A stretch of 64,000 bases of DNA from Bacteroidota bacterium (GTDB lineage Bacteria; Bacteroidota; Ignavibacteria; UBA10030; UBA6906). The notes under the pieces were generated by a model. The model made no database searches and was not told where the DNA came from. It worked only from the letters and a program-made list of their open reading frames with translations. Where the stretch lies: assembly GCA_019637975.1 (NCBI GenBank), contig JAHBUR010000001.1, forward strand, positions 14,444 through 78,443, read 5' to 3'. Position numbers and translations under genes: made by a program. Each line of letters opens with the position of its first letter. Position 1 is the stretch's first letter. This document shows positions 12,501-19,333 of this stretch, one piece after another.

Positions 12501-13799
12501 TTCTGGTTTGCGAGCTACACCGGCGCGAACGGGTTCCTGATTGACGAGTGGTTGATCAGCCCGCAGATAGCGGCGGCGAACTTCGACAGCCTGTTCTTCT
12601 ACGCGGGCGCCATCGGCGGCAGTTTCCCCGATTCGCTGAAGGTGCTGGTCTCGACCACGGGCAACAACGTGGGTGACTTCACGCATCAACTCGGGTACTT
12701 CCGCATACCGGGCCCGGTGGGTTCGTGGCACCGGTTTGGCGTGAACCTGTCGCAGTTTGCAGGACAGAACATCTACATTGCCATCAACTACTACATCGTC
12801 AATGGCGGCCCGAACGGTGACAATTCGGACAACGTGTGGGCAGACCACGTGATTGTGACCGGCACGCCGATCGGCTTCTTTGACGATTTCGAGAGCTACA
12901 CGGTTGGCCAGCAGTTGGTTGCTCAGAATCCGACTGACTGGACGACATGGTCGGGTCCTGGCGGTACGGCGGAAGATCCGTTCATTTCCAGTGCGCAGGC
13001 CTTCAGCGGCACGAAGTCGGTGGTGATTGTCACGAACAACGACCTCGTCAAGCTGCTTGGGAATGACACAACCGGCGTGCATGAAATCTCCTTCCGGTTC
13101 TTTGTGCCGAACACCAAGGCAGGCTACTTCAACACACTGGCTACGTTCACACCACCCAGCACATTCAACTGGGGTATGGAAGCGTACTTCGACTCGACCG
13201 GCAACGGCAGACTGTTTGCCGGATCGGCGACGGCGGTTCCGTTCACCTACACACGGAATGCGTGGCAGGAAGCGAAGGTGGTGGTGAATCTGACCATCGA
13301 CTCGGCGCGGTTTGTCCTGAATGGCAACACGATCCGGACATGGCGGTGGACGGCGGGAGCATCGGGCGGAACAAGTCCGAAGCGTCTGGCGGCCAACGAC
13401 TTCTTCGGTGCCACGGCGTGGGATCAGATGTACATGGATGACTACCGCTACCGCCCCGGTACGTGGACGGGTGTGGAAGAGCAGCCGCAGCCGGGTATTC
13501 CCGAGACCTATGCGTTGATGCAGAACTATCCGAACCCGTTCAACCCGACGACGACGATCCAGTATGCGTTGCCGACGGCCTCGACGGTATCGTTGAAGAT
13601 CTACAACATCTTAGGTCAGGAAGTAGCAACGTTGGTGGATCAGGTGCAGACTGCGGGCTACCACACGGCAGTGTGGAACGGCCGCAATCAGTACGGCTCA
13701 CAGGTTGCCACGGGCGTCTACTTCTACCGCATCGAAGCCAAAGCCTCCGACGGCTCGGCTCCTTTCACCAATCTCAAGAAGATGTTGCTGGTGAAGTAA
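3543..13799 (+). CDS. giant (3418 aa) T9SS-sorted surface protein: three parallel-beta-helix regions, OB-fold-like domain, choice-of-anchor-J-like and CARDB-like domains, T9SS C-terminal domain
   Basis: AGGAGGA lies 4 nt upstream of the ATG. Signal peptide: MRRPSTMLLLAVALFVATATSFAQ. Long N/T/G/S-rich coils with recurring NNT[IV]xN motifs are typical of right-handed beta-helices. A PD[IR]GADE[FY] cap occurs three times. FENFESGVFPPVGWS and ETFADTTIPAGWL modules are present. The C-terminus [17 protein letters not shown]...GVYFYRIEA...LKKMLLVK is a T9SS CTD. Confidence 0.9.
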   Translation: MRRPSTMLLLAVALFVATATSFAQLTGTKTIPGDYATIAAAIADLNTNGVGSGGVTFNVAAGYTETITATLSITATGTAANPITFQKSGGGANPLITAYTGGTGTPGSAVQDGIWQMVGSDYVTIDGIDLQDNPANVANPETMEFGYALYKASETNGSQNVTIRNCTITLNRVNNAAGSGPSVDGSRGINVVNAIPAAATTNLTITDAAGSNSNNKFYSNTIQNCNVGIALIGFADVTPFTFADQGNDVGGASLATGNTIRNYGGGGTTSPAAGVRTLAQYGVNISYNTINNNDGGGVNHATTLRGIFNNTATSASATINNNTITVKSGATTSALTAIENVAGATAAANTISLSNNTVTNEYLTATSGTCYGIQNTASAATVDILNNTVTNFSYSGLALTGTGAVYPIYNTGAATNVNILGNTVSNIARLGTTGGTTIGIFVSSGATQTVKQNTVNNLSIDGTGATSTMYGIQTTTGTIVVDSNTVSNLNVIKTTATGVLYGIYNIASPTNENYNYNQVNNLTHNGTGTTYGIYAFTTTGVRTVSNNLVHTISTGGTTIAGINQSSSSPSIFKNKIYNIQSNSTGAPTVSGIGVTSVGTSGSAMIYNNLIGDLKAPNASTSAATAPTLRGINITSTTATSTVEISYNTVYLNGSSTGTNFGTTALWATTSATATSAALTIRNNIFVNTSTPAGTGFTSAYQRSSTALANYTDASNNNLFYAGTPGAANLIFFDGTNADQTLADFKTRVAPKEGASVSENPAFVSTTGTDATFLHINTATPTQIESGGIPVAGITDDFDGDIRNATTPDIGADEFAGIGVDLSPPAIVYSPLLNTGGITARTLTATISDPSGVPTSGIGLPVLYWRINSGSYSPATATSLGSNQYQFTFGAGVTQGDTVRYYVVAQDNATTPNVGAFPSAGAGGLTANPPAAATSPTTPSSYLITLAPLSGDFTVGTTLFNRVSGRNLTHETRTRRVMREVQIPVQSDERVQGDILALTAGGYRIEYVEADEQYSILTENGVPYTGPTKIELTGTMRSQFGLPDNLMAAYATITDAVADLNLRGVSGNTNFLLVDATYPSETFPITVDIANANQPSSSATITLKPSTGVAATVSGSSATSIFKLNGADYFTFDGVNSGGSSLTVANTNTATSTAVIWIASKDATNGATNNTVQNCTIRGSGGLLTAVAILVGSGTTFGGFAEAPNSNTTITNNTINNCQNAVFSTGNATTFDDNMVISFNTFGSTVASEKHGFRGMLISNAQNSTVTQNTIRGILSSTSSSATMSGIQLSGILNNVTISRNDISDVKHVNTTGWGSNGIFGATTAGTNVTIVNNFIYDVASDGFGGVTQSDNGYGLVLNTGTGYNVYYNTVNMTTNQVKATGIPAALMVASTITAPGTLDIRNNLFINNQTVGTFCYGALVSSASTVFSALNYNDYFASDATNGRLGRFGTTVISDIAAWRTALGQDANSISADINFVSATNLHVNNTLPSAADSAATPIAGVTIDIDGQTRNATHPDIGADEFTYVVPTPPVVSNIVRSTRVPAAGDTVVVTATITDVVGIASANLVYNVNGTPNSVAMALTGGTPQNGTYSGVVPGSANQDGNRIELQIEANSQSTLSTTTPIAAARSYYAGISTLSLTGPRRMHPDGRLIDSVYYSRVTGTVNGPNFQTTNLGYHFQDAHGGVQLFGFGILIPPLNLGDSIIVTGRMAQFRGLTEIIPDTQTVDIQVVATGRTVTPITVSVPDFNANPELYESRLVRITSLTRRDATPPWPAAGGSANIVTYQGVVTDTIIMRIDNDTQIPGTPEPAYPTNVTGVISQFSSAASLYDNGYQTQPRYLTDFTTSTPGLAGAYTIGTGGNYANLKAFFDAINADSVAGDITGNIISDLTETASAVLNAVYYVNGGPWTITIRPSGGARTVSGGIAGPLVDLDGAANVVFNGDIGGVKSLTLRNTTSGTTAAVVRMINNANNNNIMNCILEGAGTSVTTGGVIAFSTSATDTIGNSNNTISNNNIRDVSTTGSRPSAGISSNGTATARNSNNTISNNNIFNFVTNGVNVSATGNGPGWVISGNSFYYNSDTIPSAAQTALNFNPGLLAGNHWIYGNYVGGSAPMAGGSPWTNTGNVQIAGIFVTVDTTSQSTIIRKNTVRNIVKAGTGAGGVFPIGLLNGSAIIDSNTIGGQIVLSQPVVVPIPASRPATSTVLSSGTMAAGVEFDIPSELTFASATPEEGYTSDGPSVPTVPFVVDGPWSIINGGTGVTTGIQNQTAGVATIRHNEVSHMFNTWIGSTSGARGIHNGGTTASRTTISENIVHDIDSYTTGTLTTPAAGGITWFPAGFTGPDNVATGNLVYAISARDSGAIASNAMGMLLTNYSAITTKNRIYDVRNASTGVNAALPPTASGIYMRAMAGGSYVANNMASVGSGLGSNTVFAAFWNGSGTNNIGTLYYNSGLVTGVADSGSLNSWAFLRGNHTATSVYTSLTLRNNIFVNARTGGSGKHYAIGNQGARPDSMWLSTTSDYNVFNSASAATIGLWGTDDQTLAQWQATSTGDAMTVEGDPGFVSNTDLHITPASQLPSNNGTPIAEVIDDIDGDTRSATTPDRGADEYVAQAAGPLLFENFESGVFPPVGWSTYIVAGDSGWRSSTVAPFSPTTHAFVRYNPPASPPGSKFLVTKRLNIPSAANTYEITFWARRQFTSPFPPDTIYVKLSTTDSLPGSFGPAIYKCFTGDTASSPDVYGVNYRKFRATFTGIAGPLYVAFDHQDNDGQTVYLDDVTVQEATITQVHDIGVVALTGAPSSAPKVVANVPMESSKAIEAERAGKASGETHYYEGPGIELVPVYGFNAMAPVSFHARVRNFGQFVENAYQVGWSIDGVAQTPVSNTRPLEIGGFDTLMLTWANPTAGVHTARAWTILATDTNPSNDTSAPYIFDILPSNIIYEETFADTTIPAGWLVVNNDGSPAANSTWQFRQIVNFTGGGTVLPQAGASFWFASYTGANGFLIDEWLISPQIAAANFDSLFFYAGAIGGSFPDSLKVLVSTTGNNVGDFTHQLGYFRIPGPVGSWHRFGVNLSQFAGQNIYIAINYYIVNGGPNGDNSDNVWADHVIVTGTPIGFFDDFESYTVGQQLVAQNPTDWTTWSGPGGTAEDPFISSAQAFSGTKSVVIVTNNDLVKLLGNDTTGVHEISFRFFVPNTKAGYFNTLATFTPPSTFNWGMEAYFDSTGNGRLFAGSATAVPFTYTRNAWQEAKVVVNLTIDSARFVLNGNTIRTWRWTAGASGGTSPKRLAANDFFGATAWDQMYMDDYRYRPGTWTGVEEQPQPGIPETYALMQNYPNPFNPTTTIQYALPTASTVSLKIYNILGQEVATLVDQVQTAGYHTAVWNGRNQYGSQVATGVYFYRIEAKASDGSAPFTNLKKMLLVK

Positions 13800-13845
13800 G
13801 GATAAACAAAATGGATTTGACAACTTAGCCGAATCCACCGTAACG

Positions 13846-13890
13846 AAAGACCCCGCCCGCCGAAAGGTGAGCGGGGTCTTTGTGTTTCTT
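13846..13890 (+). terminator. intrinsic terminator after giant gene
   Basis: aaagaccccgc (13846-13856) pairs perfectly with gcggggtcttt (13871-13881) around a 14-nt loop. A T-rich tail gtgtttctt follows. It sits 47 nt after the stop codon. Confidence 0.7.
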
Positions 13891-13959
13891 GTCCATTTTG
13901 ATATATTGGCGTTGAAGTCTCCCCGGCAATAGTTTCACGTATCCTTCGGGAAATTCACA

Positions 13960-15801
13960 ATGAAGAAGTTAGCCTTTTTCTTTCTTCCGCTACTCATCAT
14001 CGGGTTTGACAATCTCGTCCATGCGGGGAATCCCCATGCGGTATATCTGTACGAAGGGTTCAACGGAAGCGGTATCCCCGCAGGCTGGACGCAGTTCAGA
14101 ATATCGGGAACTCAAGCGCTCTGGAGCATCGTTGGCGTCGGATCGAACCCGACGGTTCCACCCTACGCAGGATCGGGACAGGCAAAATTCAACTCATTCG
14201 ATGCGCCGGCGGGCGAACAGGCCAGACTTGTTTCGCCGGCAATCAATCTCTCAACATCCGTCGATCCCTTCCTCACGTTCTATCTGTATCATGACGATGA
14301 ATATATTTCATCCCGTGATTCCATCTATGTCGAGATCTCAACAGCAGATTCCGTCACCGGACCTTGGACCCCGTTGCTCGGCGCACGACGGCCGAGAAGT
14401 ATCGAGGGTTGGAGTAACGAGCTCGTTTCGCTGTATGCGTATCGCGGCATAAACCGGGTTTTTCTCTCCTTGCGCGGTGTAAGCAAATACGGCAACAATA
14501 TGTTTGCGGATGAATTCCGAATTGCAGACTCGTCATTTCATGATATTGGAGTATCGGACCTTCTTCCCGACAACATCCCGACTACACAGCCGCATGTCTC
14601 TGTGTTGAGTTCTTTTTCCGATTCGCGCACAGCCATTTCCGCCAACGTGAAAAGTATAGCACGATACGAAGAACAACTTCCGGTGGTTGCTCTTCCCTTT
14701 TCTCCCCAACTCAACATCAAAGCAATTGTTCAGAATCGCGGTACGTTCACAGAACCTTCTTATGCCGTGGGATGGCGCGTGAATGATACACAGCAGTCAC
14801 CGGCGACGGGCGGAGTTCTTGAACCCCGTTTCGGCCGCGATACCGTGACATTCGTGTGGAATGATCCGACACCCGGCATTCATACCTTGACGGCGTGGAC
14901 AATTCTTTCAGTTGATTCGAACCGCTCGAACGATACAGCACGCATGACGTTTCAGGTTCTCGAACCGGGAACGATATTCTACGAATCGTTCAATGCGGGC
15001 GCATTTCCCCCGGCGGGCTGGAGTGTGATCAACAGGGACGGCGGACTTCTTGCTCCCTGGTTCCGCGGTGCGGACACATCGGCATTCCCCGGATTTGAAG
15101 GAAGCGGATTTGCAGCAAACAATTTCCAACGCGCCAACGGAACGTATCTCGACGATTATCTCATAACACCACCGGTTGCGGGCGTGGGTCAACCAGGATT
15201 GGTGGATTCTCTTGTGTTCCGGACGCGATCGCAATTCAACCAACCTCCGGCCGCTAATTTCCCGGATTCGCTGATGATACTTGTATCAACCTCGGGTGCA
15301 GACACATCACATTTCACCATTCTGCTTGACTATTTTTCCGTCCCAAAAACGGAATGGACCCGAAAGGCATATTCGCTCTCACATCACGTGCCTGCAAACT
15401 CGACGGTACGCGTTGCTTTCCGTTATCTTCTGCATGATGTCCAGGCAACAACCGGCAGCGGCGACTTTGTCGGTATTGATGCCGTGCAGGTCATCCGCAG
15501 CCTCCCGGCTTCGGTTCCAAATACACGGCAGGGTGCTCAAGTATTTGTTCTGGAGCAAAACTATCCCAACCCCTTCAACCCAAGCACAACGATCCGATTC
15601 AGCATACCACAAAACGGAGAAGTAGAGTTGAAAGTATTTGATCTACTCGGGCACGAAGTGGCAACATTGGTAAGCGAGCATCTTGAATCAGGGCTTCATC
15701 AAGCGCATTTCAATGCATCCAATCTTGCGTCGGGCGTGTATTTCTATCGGTTGAAGCAAGAAACACGTCATATAACCAGAATCATGACATTGTTGAAATA
15801 A
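13960..15801 (+). CDS. T9SS-sorted secreted protein (choice-of-anchor-J-like / CARDB-like / choice-of-anchor-J-like / CTD)
   Basis: Signal peptide: [22 protein letters not shown]. Two [12 protein letters not shown] / [13 protein letters not shown] modules are present. CARDB-like core: [11 protein letters not shown]...[19 protein letters not shown]-terminus: [17 protein letters not shown]...GVYFYRL...IMTLLK. Confidence 0.85.
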   Translation: MKKLAFFFLPLLIIGFDNLVHAGNPHAVYLYEGFNGSGIPAGWTQFRISGTQALWSIVGVGSNPTVPPYAGSGQAKFNSFDAPAGEQARLVSPAINLSTSVDPFLTFYLYHDDEYISSRDSIYVEISTADSVTGPWTPLLGARRPRSIEGWSNELVSLYAYRGINRVFLSLRGVSKYGNNMFADEFRIADSSFHDIGVSDLLPDNIPTTQPHVSVLSSFSDSRTAISANVKSIARYEEQLPVVALPFSPQLNIKAIVQNRGTFTEPSYAVGWRVNDTQQSPATGGVLEPRFGRDTVTFVWNDPTPGIHTLTAWTILSVDSNRSNDTARMTFQVLEPGTIFYESFNAGAFPPAGWSVINRDGGLLAPWFRGADTSAFPGFEGSGFAANNFQRANGTYLDDYLITPPVAGVGQPGLVDSLVFRTRSQFNQPPAANFPDSLMILVSTSGADTSHFTILLDYFSVPKTEWTRKAYSLSHHVPANSTVRVAFRYLLHDVQATTGSGDFVGIDAVQVIRSLPASVPNTRQGAQVFVLEQNYPNPFNPSTTIRFSIPQNGEVELKVFDLLGHEVATLVSEHLESGLHQAHFNASNLASGVYFYRLKQETRHITRIMTLLK

Positions 15802-16161
15802 GGTACAGCCTCATCCTTCGAGTTTCAAAACACTCTTGACTTTTGGAATGCGGTTTTGTAGGTTCATGAGTGTAAGATGTCACTTTTCTTTCCACTGCAA
15901 CACCTGTTCTCTGTTGTTCCTAGCCGGACTTCTTCCTACATCGTGTAACGATAGACCGTTCAGCACCCTGCAGGAATCTCATACATTTTGACAAAGCCAA
16001 GTAAGGAGGTGACGGACACTAATTCCTTTTGAATCGCTTCGAGTTTGAAGTCTTTACATCTACCCACATCATCAGGGCGTGGAGGACCCTCATCAAGTAC
16101 ATATTCCATAACTTCCGCCGCCAAGGCAGAAAATAATCCAACCAATCCAAAAGGAGGCTAT

Positions 16162-19100
16162 ATGAAACAGGCTTTCCGTTTGACCGACAGCAGTCATCTT
16201 CTCACCCCAAGAAGCGTCTTGACAGTGTTGTTGATGGTGGTTACAGGAGTTGCTGGCTTGATGGCACAAACACCGCAGTATTATAACTATCAAAATGTTG
16301 GAGCTTCGAGTAATTCGTTCCCATTTGGCCAGAACCTCGGTAAAAAGGTACAGTGGCTGCTCCTTCCCAACGACTTGACCCAACCCGCTCCGTGTCCCCC
16401 GGGCAACAGCATTACGAAGGTGTACTTCTACGTGAGTGGGGCGGGCAGCAGAACGTTTACCGATTTCACCATCAGCATGGGACAAACCTCGATCACGACA
16501 CTCCCGACCGGAGCGTGGTATGACGGCCCCATGCAGGTTGTTATGTCAGCCCCGTCGATTCCGCTGACCGGCGTCCTGAATTCGTGGATGAGCGTTGAGT
16601 TGGATACGCCTTTCCCCTACGATCCGACGCAGAGCCTCGTTATCGAAGTTAACCAGTGTGCATCAGCAGGTACCGGAATAAGCGTTCGTCAGAATGCACT
16701 CACAGGCTTCAGACGAAGTTGGTCCGGCACAACGACTCCGTGTCCATTCTTGTGGGGCGGGCAGGATGCAAGTATCGTAAACTTCGGTGTTGATGTTGTT
16801 CCGTCAGGAATTCCCGGCTGGACAACACAAACATCCGGTGTCACCACAGCGCTTTACAGTGTGAAGGCAGTAAGCGGTTCGGTTGTATGGGCAGCCGGAG
16901 CGGGCGGTGTTGTTCTCCGCACAACGGACGGAGGCGGAACATGGACGAACGTTGGGGGCGGCTCAATCGGAACGATGGATTTGTATAATGTAGACGCACT
17001 GAACGCAACGACGGCGTTCGTCACAGGAACTCCATCCACCGTTACATATCTCTTCCGCACAACAAACGGCGGTACTTCTTGGGACACCGTATACACGCAA
17101 TCGGGCGGATTCCTCAACGCTATTCACATGTTCAATGCCTCGAACGGAATCGCGCAAGGCGATCCCGTAGGAGGTAAATGGACGATTATCCAGACTACTG
17201 ACGGCGGCACAACGTGGGCCCGGATGGCAACAGAACCGACACAGGTCGGCACTGAAGCCGGATCAAATAACGGACTTGAAGCAATCGGGTCGACACATAT
17301 CTGGTTCACATCAAACAGCACGCCGCCGAAAGTGTACAGATCAACCGACGGCGGAGCAACGTGGGATTCAGGCACACTGCCGGGTTCAGCAACGTTCACG
17401 GCCGGATTGGCATTTCTCAATACGCAGATTGGAATTGCGGGAGCCAATAACGGCACTGCCGCCCGTACAACTGACGGCGGAGCAACATGGAACTCCATCA
17501 CGGTCGGTACCACCGGCACAATTTATGGCATGGCAAAAGCCGGAACGCTCGATTTCTGGGCAACGCGAGGAACAACAATCCAAGTCAGCAATGACCGCGG
17601 CGTCACATGGACTCAAGACTTCAGCGACGCAGCATCGGGCACTATCTGGCACATCGGTTTCGTCACCAGCGGCAACATTGCCAAAGGCTGGACTGTGACG
17701 GGATCGGGCAAGATATACGCATACTTCAACCCGATTAGTGTCCACGATCTTGGAATCCAATCTCTTGCAAAAGTCTTCTCGACTAACCGTCCCGCGGCAG
17801 CTATCAGCCACAGTATGAATGCCTCGCAACTTGAAACTGCGGGAGAAACTTCGTTTGACGGATCCGAACCATATACGGGAGCACTCACCATCACGCCGAC
17901 TGGCTCCTTCTCCTTGGCTGATACTGTCGGATTCCGTGCCATCGTCAAGAATTTCGGCACGTTCAACGAATCGTCATACGAATTGCGGTGGCAAATTAAC
18001 GGCGTAAATCAGCCCACAATCAACAGAGGCCCGATTGCAGCGGATGCTGTGGATACTGTAACATTCCAATGGAACCAGGCAGTAAATGGATCGCATACGC
18101 TGAAAGCATGGACGGTTCTTGCCAGCGACAGCAACCCTGCGAACGACACTTCGACCATTTCATTTAATGTCGGACGGGTCCCGGGAGATACGCTCTACAC
18201 GTTTGTTGTGCCAAATCAGATAATTCTTGGTGTAGCCAAAATTGGTTCGGCCAACAAGCTTGCATTCACCAGTGGCGGACAAAGCTCGACTATTGTCGAG
18301 GATAACAAATGGATTGTCACTGATATGTACGGCAGTATTCTTGACACAACCCATTTGCAGGTAAATCCCACTACCGGGCAGGGATTCGGTTTCCGGGATC
18401 TGGCGTGGGACGGCCGTTGGCTGCTTACGAGCGATGACACCAGAATGAGAAGAGTCGATACAACAACCTTCACGGAAATCGCCTCGCCCATTGTTACCCC
18501 AATCAATCCGAACCGTGGAATTGCATACATGGGGCCGAATCGGATTTGGGTTTCAAACTTCACAACGAATCCGGTAACCCTCTTCGATACGACAGGTGCG
18601 ACGATCCGTTCCTTGGGAGTACCCGCCGTGGCACCGTACGGTATCGCCTTCGATCGATGGACTTCGAGAACCAGAGGCTACTTGTGGTACTCGGAGCCGT
18701 CCACAACAGGCGGGCCGGTCAGATTGTCCAAGGTAGACACAACCACGGGGGCTATTCTTACGACGTACAACTATGCCTCCTTCACAGGGACGGGAGTGTC
18801 GGGTGGCCTCAGCATCATCACTGATCATCCGGCGTATCCGAATGCGGTCATTGGGCTGCTAGTCGCCCAGCGATTCCCCACCAGCTTGCTTATTGCCGTC
18901 TATCTCGGCATAGACTCAACAACCGTCGGGGTAGAGGAACACGGCGGGCAAGTGCCTGAATCGTTCAGTCTCAACCAGAATTATCCCAACCCCTTCAACC
19001 CAAGCACAACGATCTCCTACGGACTGCCGACAGCTTCTCAGGTAAGTTTGAAGATCTACAATGTTCTTGGCCAAGCCGTCGCCACATTGCGCGATGATAT

Positions 19101-19245
19101 TCAGGGGCCCGGCACGTACAATGTGCAGTGGGATAACCAGGGTTCATCGATCTCCAGTGGCGTCTACTTCTACCGGCTGGAGGCAAAACCCGTTGACGGC
19201 AGTACGCCGTACACCGGATTCAGGAAAATGCTTCTCCTCAAGTAA
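16162..19245 (+). CDS. T9SS-sorted secreted protein (unknown N-domain + BNR/Ycf48-like propeller + CARDB-like domain + second propeller-like region + CTD)
   Basis: The listed ORF starts at 16045, but the in-frame ATG at 16162 is preceded by AAAGGAGG (5-nt spacer). That start gives a normal signal peptide, MKQAFRL...LLMVVTGVAGLMAQ. Blades: TTDGGGTWTNV, TTNGGTSWDTV, TTDGGTTWARM, STDGGATWDS, TTDGGATWNS, SNDRGVTWTQ. C-terminus: [17 protein letters not shown]...GVYFYRLEA...RKMLLLK. Confidence 0.85.
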   Translation: MKQAFRLTDSSHLLTPRSVLTVLLMVVTGVAGLMAQTPQYYNYQNVGASSNSFPFGQNLGKKVQWLLLPNDLTQPAPCPPGNSITKVYFYVSGAGSRTFTDFTISMGQTSITTLPTGAWYDGPMQVVMSAPSIPLTGVLNSWMSVELDTPFPYDPTQSLVIEVNQCASAGTGISVRQNALTGFRRSWSGTTTPCPFLWGGQDASIVNFGVDVVPSGIPGWTTQTSGVTTALYSVKAVSGSVVWAAGAGGVVLRTTDGGGTWTNVGGGSIGTMDLYNVDALNATTAFVTGTPSTVTYLFRTTNGGTSWDTVYTQSGGFLNAIHMFNASNGIAQGDPVGGKWTIIQTTDGGTTWARMATEPTQVGTEAGSNNGLEAIGSTHIWFTSNSTPPKVYRSTDGGATWDSGTLPGSATFTAGLAFLNTQIGIAGANNGTAARTTDGGATWNSITVGTTGTIYGMAKAGTLDFWATRGTTIQVSNDRGVTWTQDFSDAASGTIWHIGFVTSGNIAKGWTVTGSGKIYAYFNPISVHDLGIQSLAKVFSTNRPAAAISHSMNASQLETAGETSFDGSEPYTGALTITPTGSFSLADTVGFRAIVKNFGTFNESSYELRWQINGVNQPTINRGPIAADAVDTVTFQWNQAVNGSHTLKAWTVLASDSNPANDTSTISFNVGRVPGDTLYTFVVPNQIILGVAKIGSANKLAFTSGGQSSTIVEDNKWIVTDMYGSILDTTHLQVNPTTGQGFGFRDLAWDGRWLLTSDDTRMRRVDTTTFTEIASPIVTPINPNRGIAYMGPNRIWVSNFTTNPVTLFDTTGATIRSLGVPAVAPYGIAFDRWTSRTRGYLWYSEPSTTGGPVRLSKVDTTTGAILTTYNYASFTGTGVSGGLSIITDHPAYPNAVIGLLVAQRFPTSLLIAVYLGIDSTTVGVEEHGGQVPESFSLNQNYPNPFNPSTTISYGLPTASQVSLKIYNVLGQAVATLRDDIQGPGTYNVQWDNQGSSISSGVYFYRLEAKPVDGSTPYTGFRKMLLLK

Positions 19246-19278
19246 CGTTCCGCCCGGTTGGTTCTGGCAACAAACAGC

Positions 19279-19307
19279 GAAGCCTCGAAGATATTCTTCG
19301 AGGCTTC
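19279..19307. terminator. hairpin between convergent genes (possible bidirectional terminator)
   Basis: gaagcctcgaag (19279-19290) pairs perfectly with cttcgaggcttc (19296-19307) around a 5-nt loop. It lies in the 88-nt gap between the convergent T9SS gene and lat. No clear U-tract on either side. Confidence 0.45.
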
Positions 19308-19333
19308 CTGCTTGATAGACTGCAACAGACTGT

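Noticed and set aside
16045-16161. N-terminal 39-codon extension of the gene 4 ORF
   Set aside because: The extension (MKSLHLPTSSGRGGPSSSTYSITSAAKAENNPTNPKGGY) has no signal-peptide character. It begins with a non-ATG codon and contains the SD (AAAGGAGG) that serves the ATG at 16162. After that ATG a canonical signal peptide begins.
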